Assembly (NCBI GenBank): GCA_964016885.1
Contig: OZ024744.1
Span: forward strand, 18,228,001 to 18,292,000
Direction: 5' to 3'
From: Eledone cirrhosa
Taxonomy: Eukaryota
Length of the DNA stretch: 64,000 nucleotides
Under the pieces are notes generated by a model. It saw only the letters and a list, made by a program, of their open reading frames with translations, was not told the origin of the DNA and ran no database searches. How positions within the stretch are numbered: the first letter of the stretch is position 1; each line of letters opens with the position of its first letter. This document shows positions 27,001 through 40,995 of the stretch, piece after piece. The position numbers and the translations under genes were made by a program.

Positions 27001-30000
27001 CTGTGTATGTCACTGTGTGTTTCTGTATGTCGGTGTCACTGTGTATGTCACTGTGTGTTTCTGTATGTTTGTGTCACTGTGTATGTCATTAAATGTTTGT
27101 GTGTGTCTGTGTCTCTGTGTATGTCACTGTGTGTTTGCGTGTGTCTGTGTCACTGTGTATGTCACTGTGTGTTTCTGTATGTCTGTGTGACTGTGTATGT
27201 CACTGTGTGTTTGTGTATGTCTGTGTCACTGTGTGTGTTTCTGTATGTCTGTGTCAATGTGTATGTCACTGTGTGTTTCTGTATGTCTGTGTCACTGTGT
27301 ATGTCACTGTATGTTTCTGTATGTCTGTTTCACTGTGTATGTCACTGTGTGTTTCTGTATGTCTGTGTCACTCTGTATGTCACTGTATGTTTCTGAATGT
27401 TTGTGTCACTGTGTATGTCCCTGTGTGTTTGCGTGCGTCTGTGTCACTGTGTATGTCACTGTGTGTTTCTGTATGTCTGTGTGACTGTGTATGTCACTCT
27501 GTCTTTGTGTATGTCTGTGTCACTGTGTGTGTTTCTGTATGTCTGTGTCACTGTGTATGTCATTGTATCTTTGTGTATGTATGTGTCACTGTGTGTGTCA
27601 CTGTATCATTGTGTATGTCTGTGTCATTGTGTATGTCACTGTGTGTTTCTGTATATCTGTGTCTCTGTGTATGTTACTTTATCTTTGTGTATGTCTGTGT
27701 CACTGTGTATGTCACTGTATCTTTGTGTATGTCTGTGTCACGGTGTATATCACTGTATGTTTGTGTATGTCTGTGTCACTGTGTATGTCATTGTATCTTT
27801 GTGTATGTATGTGTCACTGTGTATGTCACTGTATCATTGTGTATGTATGTGTCATTGTGTATGTCACTGTGTGTTTCTGTATGTATGTGTGACTGTGTAT
27901 GTCACTGTATGTTACATTATGTCTGTGTCACTGTGTATGTCACTGTGTGTTTCTGTATGTCTGTGTCACTGTGTATGTCACTGTATATTTGTGTATGTCT
28001 GTGTCACTGTGTATGTCACTGTGTGTTTCTGTATGGCTGTGTCACTGTCTATGTCACTGTATGTTTCTGAATGTCTGTGTCACCGTGTATGTCACTGTAT
28101 CTTTATGTATGTCTGTGTCACTGTATATGTCACTGTATCTTTGTGTATGTCTACGTCACTGTGTATGTCACTGTGTGTTTCTGTATGTCTGTGTCTTTGT
28201 GTATGCCACTGTACCTTTGTGTATGTCTGTGTCACTGTGTATGTCACTGCGTGTTTCTGTATCTCTGTGTCATTGTGTATGTCACTGTGTGTTTCTGTAT
28301 ATCTGTATCTCTGTGTATGTCACTGTAACGTTGTGTATCTCTGTGTCACTGTGTATGTCACTGTATCTTTGTGTATGTCTGTGTCACTGTGTATGTCACT
28401 GTGTGTTTCTGTATGTATGTGTCACGGTGTATGTCACTGTATGTTTGTGTATGTCTGTGTCACTGTGTATGTCATTGTGAGTTTCTGTATGTCTGTGTCA
28501 CTGTGTATGTCACTGTATCTTTGTGTATGTCTGTGTCACTGTGTATGTCACTGTATTTCTCTGTATGTCTGTGTCACTGTCTATGTCACTGTATCTTTGT
28601 GTATGTCTGCGTCACTGTGTATGCCACTGTGTGTTTTTGTATGTCTGTGTCTCTGTGTATGTCACTGTATCTTTGTGTATGTCTGTATCACTGTGTATGT
28701 CACTGTGTGTTTCTGTATGTCTGTGTCACTGTGTATGTCACTGTGTGTTTCTGTATGTCTGTGTCACTGTCTATGTCGCTGTATGTTTCTGAATGTCTGT
28801 GTCACTGTGTATGTCACTGTGTGTTTCTGTATGTCTGTGTCACGGTGTATGTCACTGTATGTTTGTGTGTGTCTATGTCACTTTGTATGTCACTGTGTGT
28901 TTCTGTATGTCTGTGTCACCGTGTATGTCAATGTATCTTTGTGTATGCCTGTGTCACTGTGTATGTCACTGTGTGTTTCTGTATGTCTGTGTCACTGTGT
29001 ATGTCACTGTGTGTTTCTGTATGTCTGTGTCACTGTCTATGTCGCTGTATGTTTCTGAATGTCTGTGTCAATGTGTATGTCACTGTGTGTTTCTGTATGT
29101 CTGTGTCACTGTCTATGTCACTGTATGTTTCTGAATGTATGTGTCACTGTGTATATCACTCTGTGTTTTTGTATATCTGTGGCACGGTGTATGTCACTGA
29201 ATGTTTGTGTGTGTCTGTGTCACTCTGTTTGTCACTGTGTGTTTCTGTATGTCTGTGTAACCGTGTATGTTAGGTATCTTTGTATATGCCTGTGTCACTG
29301 TGTATGTCACTGTGTGTTTCTGTATTTCTGTGTCACTGTGTATGTCACTGTGTGTTTCTGTATGTTTGTGTCACTGTGTATGTCACTAAATGTTTGTGTG
29401 TGTCTGTGTCTCTGTGTATGTCACTGTGTGTTTGCGTGTGTCTGTGTCACTGTGTATGTCACTGTGTGTTTCTGTATGTCTGTGTGACTGTGTATGTCAC
29501 TCTGTGTTTGTGCATGTCTGTGTCACTGTGTGTGTTTCTGTATGTCTGTGTCACTGTGTATGTCATTGTATCTTTGTGTTTGAATGTGTCACTGTGTATG
29601 TCACTGTGTGTTTGTGTATACCTGTGTCACTGTGTATGTTACTGTGAGTTTCTGTATGTCTGTGTCACTGTGTACGTCACTGTATATTTCTGTATGTCTG
29701 TGTCAGTGTGTATGTCACTGGTTGATTCTGTATGTCTGTGTCACACTGTATATCACTGTATCTTTGTGTAGGTCTGTGTCACTGTGTATGTCACTGTATC
29801 TTTCTGTATGTCTGTGTCACTGTATATGTCACTGTATCTTTGTGTATGTCTACGTCACTGTGTATGTCACTGTGTGTTTCTGTATGTCTGTGTCTTTGTG
29901 TATGTTACTGTACCTTTGTGTATGTATGTGTCACTGTGTATGTCACTGTGTGTTTCTGTATGTCTGTGTCACTGTGTATGTCACTGTGTGTTTCTGTATA

Positions 30001-33000
30001 TCTGTGTCTCTGTGTATGTCACTGTATCTTTGTGTATGTCTGTGTCACTGTGTATGTCACTGTAACGTTGTGTATCTCTGTGTCACTGTGTATGTCACTT
30101 ATCTTTGTGTATGTCTGTGTCACTGTGTATGTCACTGTGTGTTTCTGTATGTATGTGTCACGGTGTATGTCACTGTATGTTTGTGTATGTCTGTGTCACT
30201 GTGTATGTCACTGTATCTTTGTGTATGTCTGTGTCACTGTGTATGTTACTGTGTGTTTCTGTATGTCTGTGTCACTGTGTTTGTCTTTGTGTGTTTCTGT
30301 ATGTCTGTGTCACTGTGTATATCACTGTATGTTTGTGTGTGTCTGTGTCACTGTGTATGTCACTGTATGTCTCTGTATGTCTGTGTCACTGTCTATGTCA
30401 CTGTGTGTTTGCCTGTGTATGTGTCACTGTGTATGTCACTGTGTGTTTCTGTATGTATGTGTCACCGTGTATGTCACTGTATCTTTGTGTATGCCTGTGT
30501 CACTGTGTATGTCACTGTGTGTTTCTGTATGTCGGTGTCACTGTGTATGTCACTGTGTGTTTCTGTATGTTTGTGTCACTGTGTATGTCATTAAATGTTT
30601 GTGTGTGTATGTGTCTCTGTGTATGTCACTGTGTGTTTGCGTATGTCTGTGTCACTCTGTATGTCACTGTATGTTTCTTAATGTTTGTGTCACTGTGTAT
30701 GTCACTGTGTGTTTGCGTGTGTCTGTGTCACTGTGTATGTCACTGTGTGTTTCTGTATGTATGTGTGACTGTGTATGTCACTCTGTGTTTGTGTATGTCT
30801 GTGTCACTGTGTGTGTTTCTGTATGTCTGTGTCACTGTGTATGTCATTGTATCTTTGTGTATGTATGTGTCACTGTGTATGTCACTGTATCATTGTGTAT
30901 GTATGTGTCATTGTGTATGTCACTGTGTGTTTCTGTATGTTTGTGACACTGTGTATGTCACTGTGTGGTTCTGTATATCTGTGTCTCTGTGTATGTTACT
31001 TTATCTTTGTGTATGTCTGTGTCACTGTGTATGTCACTGTATCTTTGTGTATGTCTGTGTCACGGTGTATATCACTGTATGTTTGTGTATGTCTGTGTCA
31101 CTCTATATGTCACTGTATGTTTCTGTATGTATGTGTCACTGTGTATGTCAATGTGTGTTTCTGTATCTCTGTGTCACGGTGTATGTCACTGTATGTTTGT
31201 GTATGTCTGTGTGACTGTATATGTCACTGTATGTTACAGTATGTCTGTGTCACTGTGTATGTCACTGTGTGTTTCTGTATGTCTGTGTCACTGTGTATGT
31301 CACTGTATATTTGTGTGTGTCTGTGTCACTGTGTATGTCACTGTGTGTTTCTGTATGTCTGTGTCACTGTCTATGTCACTGTATGTTTCTGAATGTCTGT
31401 GTCACCGTGTATATCACTGTATCTTTATGTATGTCTGTGTCACTGTATATGTCACTGTATCTTTGTATATGTCTACGTCACTGTGTATGTCACTGTGTGT
31501 TTCTGTATGTCTGTGTCTTTGTGTATGTCACTGTACCTTTCTGTATATCTGTGTCACTGTGTATGTCACTGTGTGTTTCTGTATGTCTGTGTCACTGTGT
31601 ATGTCACTGTGTGTTTCTGTATATCTGTGTCTCTGTGTATGTCACTGTAACGTTGTGTATCTGTGTCACTGTGTATGTCACTGTATCTTTGTGTATGTCT
31701 GTGTCACTGTGTATGTCACTGTGTGTTTCTGTATGTATGTGTCACGGTGTATGTCACTGTATGTTTGTGTATGTCTGTGTCACTGTGTATGTCATTGTGA
31801 GTTTCTGTATGTCTGTGTCACTGTGTATGTCACTGTATCTTTGTGTATGTCTGTGTCACTGTGTATGTCACTGTGTGTTTCTGTATGTCTGTGTCACTGT
31901 GTATGTCACTGTATCTCTCTGTATGTCTGTGTCACTGTCTATGTCGCTGTATGTTTCTGAATGTCTGTGTCACTGTGTATGTCACTGTGTGTTTCTGTAT
32001 GTCTGTGTCACGGTGTATGTCACTGTATGTTTGTGTGTGTCTATGTCACTGTGTATGTCACTGTGTGTTTCTGTATGTCTGTGTCACTGTCTATGTCACT
32101 GTATGTTTCTGAATGTCTGTGTCACTGTGTATGTCACTGTGTGTTTCTGTATATCTGTGTCACGGTGTATGTCACTGAATGTTTGTGTGTGTCTGTGTCA
32201 CTGTGTATGTCACTGTGTGTTTCTGTATATCTGTGTCACGGTGTATGTCACTGAATGTTTGTGTGTGTCTGTGTCACTGTGTTTGTCACTGTGTGTTTCT
32301 GTATGTCTGTGTCACCGTGTATGTCACGGTATCTTTGTATATGCCTGTGTCACTGTGTATGTCACTGTGTGTTTCTGTATTTCTGTGTCACTGTGTATGT
32401 CACTGTGTGTTTCTGTATGTTTGTGTCACTGTGTATGTCACTAAATGTTTGTGTGTGTCTGTGTCTCTGTGTATGTCACTGTGTGTTTGCGTGTGTCTGT
32501 GTCACCGTGTATGTCACTGTGTGTTTCTGTATGTCTGTGTCACTGTGTATGTCACCGTGTGTTTGTGTATGTCTGTGTCATTGTGTGTGTTTCTGTATGT
32601 CTGTGTCACTGTGTATGTCACTGTATGTTTCTGTATGTATGTGTCACTGTGTATGTCACTGTATCTTTGTGTATGTCTGTGTCACTCCGTATGTCACTGT
32701 GTGTTTCTGTATGTCTGTGTCAATGTGTATGTCACTGTGTGTTTCTGTATGTCTGTGTCACTGTGTATGTCACTGTATATTTGTGTATGTCTGTTTCACT
32801 GTGTATGTCACTGTGTGTTTCTGTATGTCTGTGTCACTCTGTATGTCACTGTATGTTTCTGAATGTTTGTGTCACTGTGTATGTCACTGTGTGTTTGCGT
32901 GTGTCTGTGTCACTGTGTATGTCACTGTGTGTTTCTGTATGTCTGTGTGACAGTGTATGTCACTCTGTGTTTGTGTATGTCTGTGTCACTGTGTGTGTTT

Positions 33001-36000
33001 CTGTATGTCTGTGTCACTGTGTATGTCATTGTATCTTTGTGTATGTATGTGTCACTGTGTATGTCAATGTATCTTTGTGTATGTCTGTGTCATTTTGTAT
33101 GTCACTGTGTGTTTCTGTATGTTTGTGTCACTGTGTATGTCACTGTGTGTTTCTGTATATCTGTGTCTCTGTGTATGTTACTTTATCTTTGTGTATGTCT
33201 GTGTCACTGTGTATGTCACTGTATCTTTGTGTATGTCTGTGTCACGGTGTATATCACTGTATGTTTGTGTATGTCTGTGTCACTCTATATGTCACTGTAT
33301 GTTTGTGTATGTCTGTGTGACTGTGTATGTCACTGTATGTTACAGTATGTCTGTGTCACTGTGTATGTCACTGTGTGTTTCTGTATGTCTGCGTCTCTGT
33401 GTATGTCACTGTAACGTTGTGTATCTTTGTGTCACTGTGTATGTCACTGTATCTTTGTGTATGTCTGTGTCACTGTGTATGTCATTGTGAGTTTCTGTAT
33501 GTCTGTGTCACTGTGTATGTCACTGTATCTTTGTGTATGTCTGTGTCACTGTGTATGTCACTGTGTGTTTCTGTATGTCTGTGTCACTGTGTATGTCACT
33601 GTATCTCTCTGTATGTCTGTGTCACTGCCTATGTCACTGTATCTTTGTGTATGTCTGTGTCACTGTATATGTCACTGTATCTTTGTGTATGTCTACGTCA
33701 CTGTGTATGTCACTGTGTGTTTCTGAATGTCTGTGTCTTTGTGTATGTCACTGTACCTTTGTGTAATGTCTGTGTCACTGTGTATGTCACTGTGTGTTTC
33801 TGTATGTCTGTGTCACTGTGTGTTTCTGTATATCTGCGTCTCTGTGTATGTCACTGTAACGTTGTGTATCTTTGTGTCGCTGTGTATGTCACTGTATCTT
33901 TGTGTATGTCTGTGTCACTGTGTATGTCACTGTGTGTTTCTGTATGTCTGTGTCACTGTGTATGTCACTGTATCTCTCTGTATGTCTGTGTCACTGCCTA
34001 TGTCACTGTATCTTTGTGTATGTCTGCGTCACTGTGTATGTCACTGTGTGTTTCTGTATGTCTGTGTCTCTGTGTATCTGTCACTGTATCTTTGTGTATG
34101 TCTGTATCACTGTGTATGTCACTGTGTGTTTCTGTATGTCTGTGTGACTGTGTATGTCACTGTGTGTTTGTGTATGTATGTGTCACTGTGTGTGTTTCTG
34201 TATGTCTGTGTCACTGTGTATGTCACTGTATGTTTCTGTATGTATGTGTCACTGTGTATGTCACTGTATCTTTGTGTATGTCTGTGTCACTATGTATGCC
34301 ACTTTGTGTTTCTGTATGTCTGTGTCAATGTGTATGTCACTGTGTGTTTCTGTATGTCTGTGTCACTGTGTATGTCACTGTATGTTTCTGTATGTCTGTT
34401 TCACTGTGTATGTCACTGTGTGTTTCTGTATGTCTGTGTCACTCTGTATGTCACTGTATGTTTATGTATGTATGTGTCACTGTGTATGTCACAGTGTGTT
34501 TCTGTATGTCTGTGTCACTGTGTATGTCACTGTATCTCTCTGTATGTCTGTGTCACTGTCTATGTCACTGTATCTTTGTGTATGTCTGCGTCACTGTGTA
34601 TGTGACTGTGTGTTTCTGTATGGCTCTGTCTCTGTGTATGTCACTGGATCTTTGTGTATGTCTGTATCACTGTTTATGTCACTGTGTGTTTCTGTATGTC
34701 TGTTTGACTCTGTATGTCACTGTGTGTTTCTGTATGTCTGTGTCACTGTGTATGTCACTGTGTGTTTCTGTATGTCTGTGTCACTGTCTATGTCGCTCTA
34801 TGTTTCTGAATGTGTGTGTCACTGTTTATGTCACTGTGTGTTTCTGTATGTCTGTGTCACGGTGTATGTCACTGTATGTTTGTGTGTGTCTATGTCACTG
34901 TGTATGTCACTGTGTGTTTCTGTATGTCTGTGTCACCGTGTATGTCACTGTATCTTTGTGTATGCCTGTGTCACTGTGTATGTCACTGTGTGTTTCTGTA
35001 TGTCTGTGTCACTGTGTATGTCACTGTGTGTTTCTGTATGTCTGTGGCACTGTGTATGTCACTGTGTGTTTCTGTATGTCTGTGTCACTGTCTATGTCGC
35101 TGTATGTTTCTGAATGTCTGTGTCACTGTGTATGTCACTGTGTGTTTCTGTATGTCTGTGTCACTGTCTATGTCACTGAATGTTTCTGAATGTCTGTGTC
35201 ACTGTGTATGTCACTGTGTGTTTCTGTATATCTGTGTCACGGTGTATGTCACTGAATGTTTGTGTGTGTCTGTGTCACTGTGTTTGTCACTGTGTGTTTC
35301 TGTATGTCTGTGTCACCGTGTATGTCACGGTATCTTTGTGTATGCCTGTGTCACTGTGTATGTCACTGTGTGTTTCTGTGTTTCTGTGTCAGTGTGTATG
35401 TCACTGTGTGTTTCTGTATGTTTGTGTCACTGTGTATGTCACTAAATGTTTGTGTGTGTCTGTGTCTCTGTGTATGTCACTGTGTGTTTGCGTGTGTCTG
35501 TGTCACTGTGTATGTCACTGTGTGTTTCTGTATGTCTGTGTCACTGTGTATGTCACTGTGTGTTTGTGTATGTCTGTGTCACTGTATGTTTCTGAATGTC
35601 TGTGTCACTGTGTATGTCACTGTGTGTTTCCGTATGTATGTGTCACCGTGTATGTCACTGTATCTTTGTGTATGCCTGTGTCACTGTGTATGTCACTGTG
35701 TGTTTCTGTATGTCTGTGTCACTGTGTATGTCACTGTGTGTTTCTGTATGTTTGTGTCATTTTGTATGTCACTAAATGTTTGTGTGTGTCTGTGTCTCTG
35801 TGTATGTCACTGTGTGTTTGCGTGTGTCTGTGTCACTGTGTATGTCACTGTGTGTTTCTGTATGTCTGTGTGACTGTGTATGTCACTGTGTGTTTGTGTA
35901 TGTCTGTGTCACTGTGTGTGTTTCTGTATGTCTGTGTCACTGTGTATGTCACTGTATGTTTCTGTATGTATGTGTCACTGTGTATGTCACTGTATCTTTG

Positions 36001-39000
36001 TGTATGTCTGTGTCACTCTGTATGTCACTGTGTGTTTCTGTATGTCTGTGTCAATGTGTATGTCACTGTGTGTTTCTGTATGTCTGTGTCACTGTGTATG
36101 TCACTGTATGTTTATGTATGTCTGTTTCACTGTGTATGTCACTGTGTGTTTCTGTATGTCTGTGTCACTGTGTATGTCACTGTATCTCTCTGTATGTCTG
36201 TGTCACTGTCTATGTCACTGTATCTTTGTGTATGTCTGCGTCACTGTGTATGTCACTGTGTGTTTCTGTATGTCTGTGTCTCTGTGTATGTCACTGTATC
36301 TTTGTGTATGTCTGTATCACTGTGTATGTCACTAAATGTTTGTGTGTGTCTGTGTCACTGTGTTTGTCACTGTGTGTTTCTGTATGTCTGCGTCACTGTG
36401 TATGCCACTGTGTGTTTTTGTATGTCTGTGTCTCTGTGTATGTCACTGTATCTTTGTGTATGTCTGTATCACTGTGTATGTCACTGTGTGTTTCTGTATG
36501 TCTGTGTCACTGTGTATGTCACTGTATCTCTCTGTATGTCTGTGTCACTGTCTATGTCGCTGTATGTTTCTGAATGTCTGTGTCACTGTGTATGTCACTG
36601 TGTGTTTCTGTATGTCTGTGTCACGGTGTATGTCACTGTATGTTTGTGTGTGTCTATGTCACTTTGTATGTCACTGTGTGTTTCTGTATGTCTGTGTCAC
36701 CGTGTATGTCAATGTATCTTTGTGTATGCCTGTGTCACTGTGTATGTCACTGTGTGTTTCTGTATGTCTGTGTCACTGTGTATGTCACTGTGTGTTTCTG
36801 TATGTCTGTGTCACTGTCTATGTCGCTGTATGTTTCTGAATGTCTGTGTCAATGTGTATGTCACTGTGTGTTTCTGTATGTCTGTGTCACTGTCTATGTC
36901 ACTGTATGTTTCTGAATGTATGTGTCACTGTGTATGTCACTCTGTGTTTTTGTATATCTGTGGCACGGTGTATGTCACTGAATGTTTGTGTGTGTCTGTG
37001 TCACTCTGTTTGTCACTGTGTGTTTCTGTATGTCTGTGTAACCGTGTATGTTAGGTATCTTTGTATATGCCTGTGTCACTGTGTATGTCACTGTGTGTTT
37101 CTGTATTTCTGTGTCACTGTGTATGTCACTGTGTGTTTCTGTATGTTTGTGTCACTGTGTATGTCACTAAATGTTTGTGTGTGTCTGTGTCTCTGTGTAT
37201 GTCACTGTGTGTTTGCGTGTGTCTGTGTCACTGTGTATGTCACTGTGTGTTTCTGTATGTCTGTGTGACTGTGTATGTCACTCTGTGTTTGTGCATGTCT
37301 GTGTCACTGTGTGTGTTTCTGTATGTCTGTGTCACTGTGTATGTCATTGTATCTTTGTGTTTGAATGTGTCACTGTGTATGTCACTGTGTGTTTGTGTAT
37401 ACCTGTGTCACTGTGTATGTTACTGTGAGTTTCTGTATGCCTGTGTCACTGTGTACGTCACTGTATATTTCTGTATGTCTGTGTCAGTGTGTATGTCACT
37501 GGTTGATTCTGTATGTCTGTGTCACACTGTATATCACTGTATCTTTGTGTAGGTCTGTGTCACCGTGTATGTCACTGTATCTTTCTGTATGTCTGTGTCA
37601 CTGTATATGTCACTGTATCTTTGTGTATGTCTACGTCACTGTGTATGTCACTGTGTGTTTCTGTATGTCTGTGTCTTTGTGTATGTTACTGTACCTTTGT
37701 GTATGTATGTGTCACTGTGTATGTCACTGTGTGTTTCTGTATGTCTGTGTCACTGTGTATGTCACTGTGTGTTTCTGTATATCTGTGTCTCTGTGTATGT
37801 CACTGTATCTTTGTGTATGTCTGTGTCACTGTGTATGTCACTGTAACGTTGTGTATCTCTGTGTCACTGTGTATGTCACTTATCTTTGTGTATGTCTGTG
37901 TCACTGTGTATGTCACTGTGTGTTTCTGTATGTATGTGTCACGGTGTATGTCACTGTATGTTTGTGTATGTCTGTGTCACTGTGTATGTCACTGTATCTT
38001 TGTGTATGTCTGTGTCACTGTGTATGTTACTGTGTGTTTCTGTATGTCTGTGTCACTGTGTTTGTCTTTGTGTGTTTCTGTATGTCTGTGTCACTGTGTA
38101 TATCACTGTATGTTTGTGTGTGTCTGTGTCACTGTGTATGTCACTGTATGTCTCTGTATGTCTGTGTCACTGTCTATGTCACTGTGTGTTTGCCTGTGTA
38201 TGTGTCACTGTGTATGTCACTGTGTGTTTCTGTATGTATGTGTCACCGTGTATGTCACTGTATCTTTGTGTATGCCTGTGTCACTGTGTATGTCACTGTG
38301 TGTTTCTGTATGTCGGTGTCACTGTGTATGTCACTGTGTGTTTCTGTATGTTTGTGTCACTGTGTATGTCATTAAATGTTTGTGTGTGTATGTGTCTCTG
38401 TGTATGTCACTGTGTGTTTGCGTATGTCTGTGTCACTCTGTATGTCACTGTATGTTTCTTAATGTTTGTGTCACTGTGTATGTCACTGTGTGTTTGCGTG
38501 TGTCTGTGTCACTGTGTATGTCACTGTGTGTTTCTGTATGTATGTGTGACTGTGTATGTCACTCTGTGTTTGTGTATGTCTGTGTCACTGTGTGTGTTTC
38601 TGTATGTCTGTGTCACTGTGTATGTCATTGTATCTTTGTGTATGTATGTGTCACTGTGTATGTCACTGTATCATTGTGTATGTATGTGTCATTGTGTATG
38701 TCACTGTGTGTTTCTGTATGTTTGTGACACTGTGTATGTCACTGTGTGGTTCTGTATATCTGTGTCTCTGTGTATGTTACTTTATCTTTGTGTATGTCTG
38801 TGTCACTGTGTATGTCACTGTATCTTTGTGTATGTCTGTGTCACGGTGTATATCACTGTATGTTTGTGTATGTCTGTGTCACTCTATATGTCACTGTATG
38901 TTTCTGTATGTATGTGTCACTGTGTATGTCAATGTGTGTTTCTGTATCTCTGTGTCACGGTGTATGTCACTGTATGTTTGTGTATGTCTGTGTGACTGTA

Positions 39001-40995
39001 TATGTCACTGTATGTTACAGTATGTCTGTGTCACTGTGTATGTCACTGTGTGTTTCTGTATGTCTGTGTCACTGTGTATGTCACTGTATATTTGTGTGTG
39101 TCTGTGTCACTGTGTATGTCACTGTGTGTTTCTGTATGTCTGTGTCACTGTCTATGTCACTGTATGTTTCTGAATGTCTGTGTCACCGTGTATATCACTG
39201 TATCTTTATGTATGTCTGTGTCACTGTATATGTCACTGTATCTTTGTATATGTCTACGTCACTGTGTATGTCACTGTGTGTTTCTGTATGTCTGTGTCTT
39301 TGTGTATGTCACTGTACCTTTCTGTATATCTGTGTCACTGTGTATGTCACTGTGTGTTTCTGTATGTCTGTGTCACTGTGTATGTCACTGTGTGTTTCTG
39401 TATATCTGTGTCTCTGTGTATGTCACTGTAACGTTGTGTATCTGTGTCATTGTGTATGTCACTGTATCTTTGTGTATGTCTGTGTCACTGTGTATGTCAC
39501 TGTGTGTTTCTGTATGTATGTGTCACGGTGTATGTCACTGTATGTTTGTGTATGTCTGTGTCACTGTGTATGTCATTGTGAGTTTCTGTATGTCTGTGTC
39601 ACTGTGTATGTCACTGTATCTTTGTGTATGTCTGTGTCACTGTGTATGTCACTGTGTGTTTCTGTATGTCTGTGTCACTGTGTATGTCACTGTATCTCTC
39701 TGTATGTCTGTGTCACTGTCTATGTCGCTGTATGTTTCTGAATGTCTGTGTCACTGTGTATGTCACTGTGTGTTTCTGTATGTCTGTGTCACGGTGTATG
39801 TCACTGTATGTTTGTGTGTGTCTATGTCACTGTGTATGTCACTGTGTGTTTCTGTATGTCTGTGTCACTGTCTATGTCACTGTATGTTTCTGAATGTCTG
39901 TGTCACTGTGTATGTCACTGTGTGTTTCTGTATATCTGTGTCACGGTGTATGTCACTGAATGTTTGTGTGTGTCTGTGTCACTGTGTATGTCACTGTGTG
40001 TTTCTGTATATCTGTGTCACGGTGTATGTCACTGAATGTTTGTGTGTGTCTGTGTCACTGTGTTTGTCACTGTGTGTTTCTGTATGTCTGTGTCACCGTG
40101 TATGTCACGGTATCTTTGTATATGCCTGTGTCACTGTGTATGTCACTGTGTGTTTCTGTATTTCTGTGTCACTGTGTATGTCACTGTGTGTTTCTGTATG
40201 TTTGTGTCACTGTGTATGTCACTAAATGTTTGTGTGTGTCTGTGTCTCTGTGTATGTCACTGTGTGTTTGCGTGTGTCTGTGTCACCGTGTATGTCACTG
40301 TGTGTTTCTGTATGTCTGTGTCACTGTGTATGTCACCGTGTGTTTGTGTATGTCTGTGTCATTGTGTGTGTTTCTGTATGTCTGTGTCACTGTGTATGTC
40401 ACTGTATCTTTGTGTATGTCTGTGTCACTCCGTATGTCACTGTGTGTTTCTGTATGTCTGTGTCAATGTGTATGTCACTGTGTGTTTCTGTATGTCTGTG
40501 TCACTGTGTATGTCACTGTATATTTGTGTATGTCTGTTTCACTGTGTATGTCACTGTGTGTTTCTGTATGTCTTTGTCACTCTGTATGTCACTGTATGTT
40601 TCTGAATGTTTGTGTCACTGTGTATGTCACTGTGTGTTTGCGTGTGTCTGTGTCACTGTGTATGTCACTGTGTGTTTCTGTATGTCTGTGTGACAGTGTA
40701 TGTCACTCTGTGTTTGTGTATGTCTGTGTCACTGTGTGTGTTTCTGTATGTCTGTGTCACTGTGTATGTCATTGTATCTTTGTGTATGTATGTGTCACTG
40801 TGTATGTCACTGTATCTTTGTGTATGTCTGTGTCATTTTGTATGTCACTGTGTGTTTCTGTATGTTTGTGTCACTGTGTATGTCACTGTGTGTTTCTGTA
40901 TATCTGTGTCTCTGTGTATGTTACTTTATCTTTGTGTATGTCTGTGTCACTGTGTATGTCACTGTATCTTTGTGTATGTCTGTGTCACGGTGTAT
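1..40995 (+). repeat. 24,761 bp-period super-repeat: 1-16234 recurs almost identically at 24762-40995
   Basis: ORF-track offsets are constant at 24761 (58/24819, 2636/27397, 8566/33327, 15199/39960). Private variants are shared (tgagtc 1941/26702, tatggctg 3271/28032). Identity breaks at 16235 vs 40996. Confidence 0.95.
4508..37056 (+). repeat. Variable-length higher-order repeat units (7781, 4022, 6384, 6574, 7781 bp) sharing a ~4.5 kb core
   Basis: The marker gttaggt lies at 4508, 12289, 16311, 22695, 29269 and 37050. The marker ggttgattc lies at 4959, 12740, 16762, 23146, 29720 and 37501, with identical spacings. 6574+7781+4022+6384=24761. Confidence 0.92.

Noticed and set aside
22695-29268. 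6574 and 6384 bp units are exact multiples of 38 (173x and 168x) despite internal short monomers whose deletions sum to 76 bp
   Set aside because: The two units are not independent, and the other periods (7781, 4022, 7797, 3991, 24761) are not multiples of 38. Most likely a coincidence.
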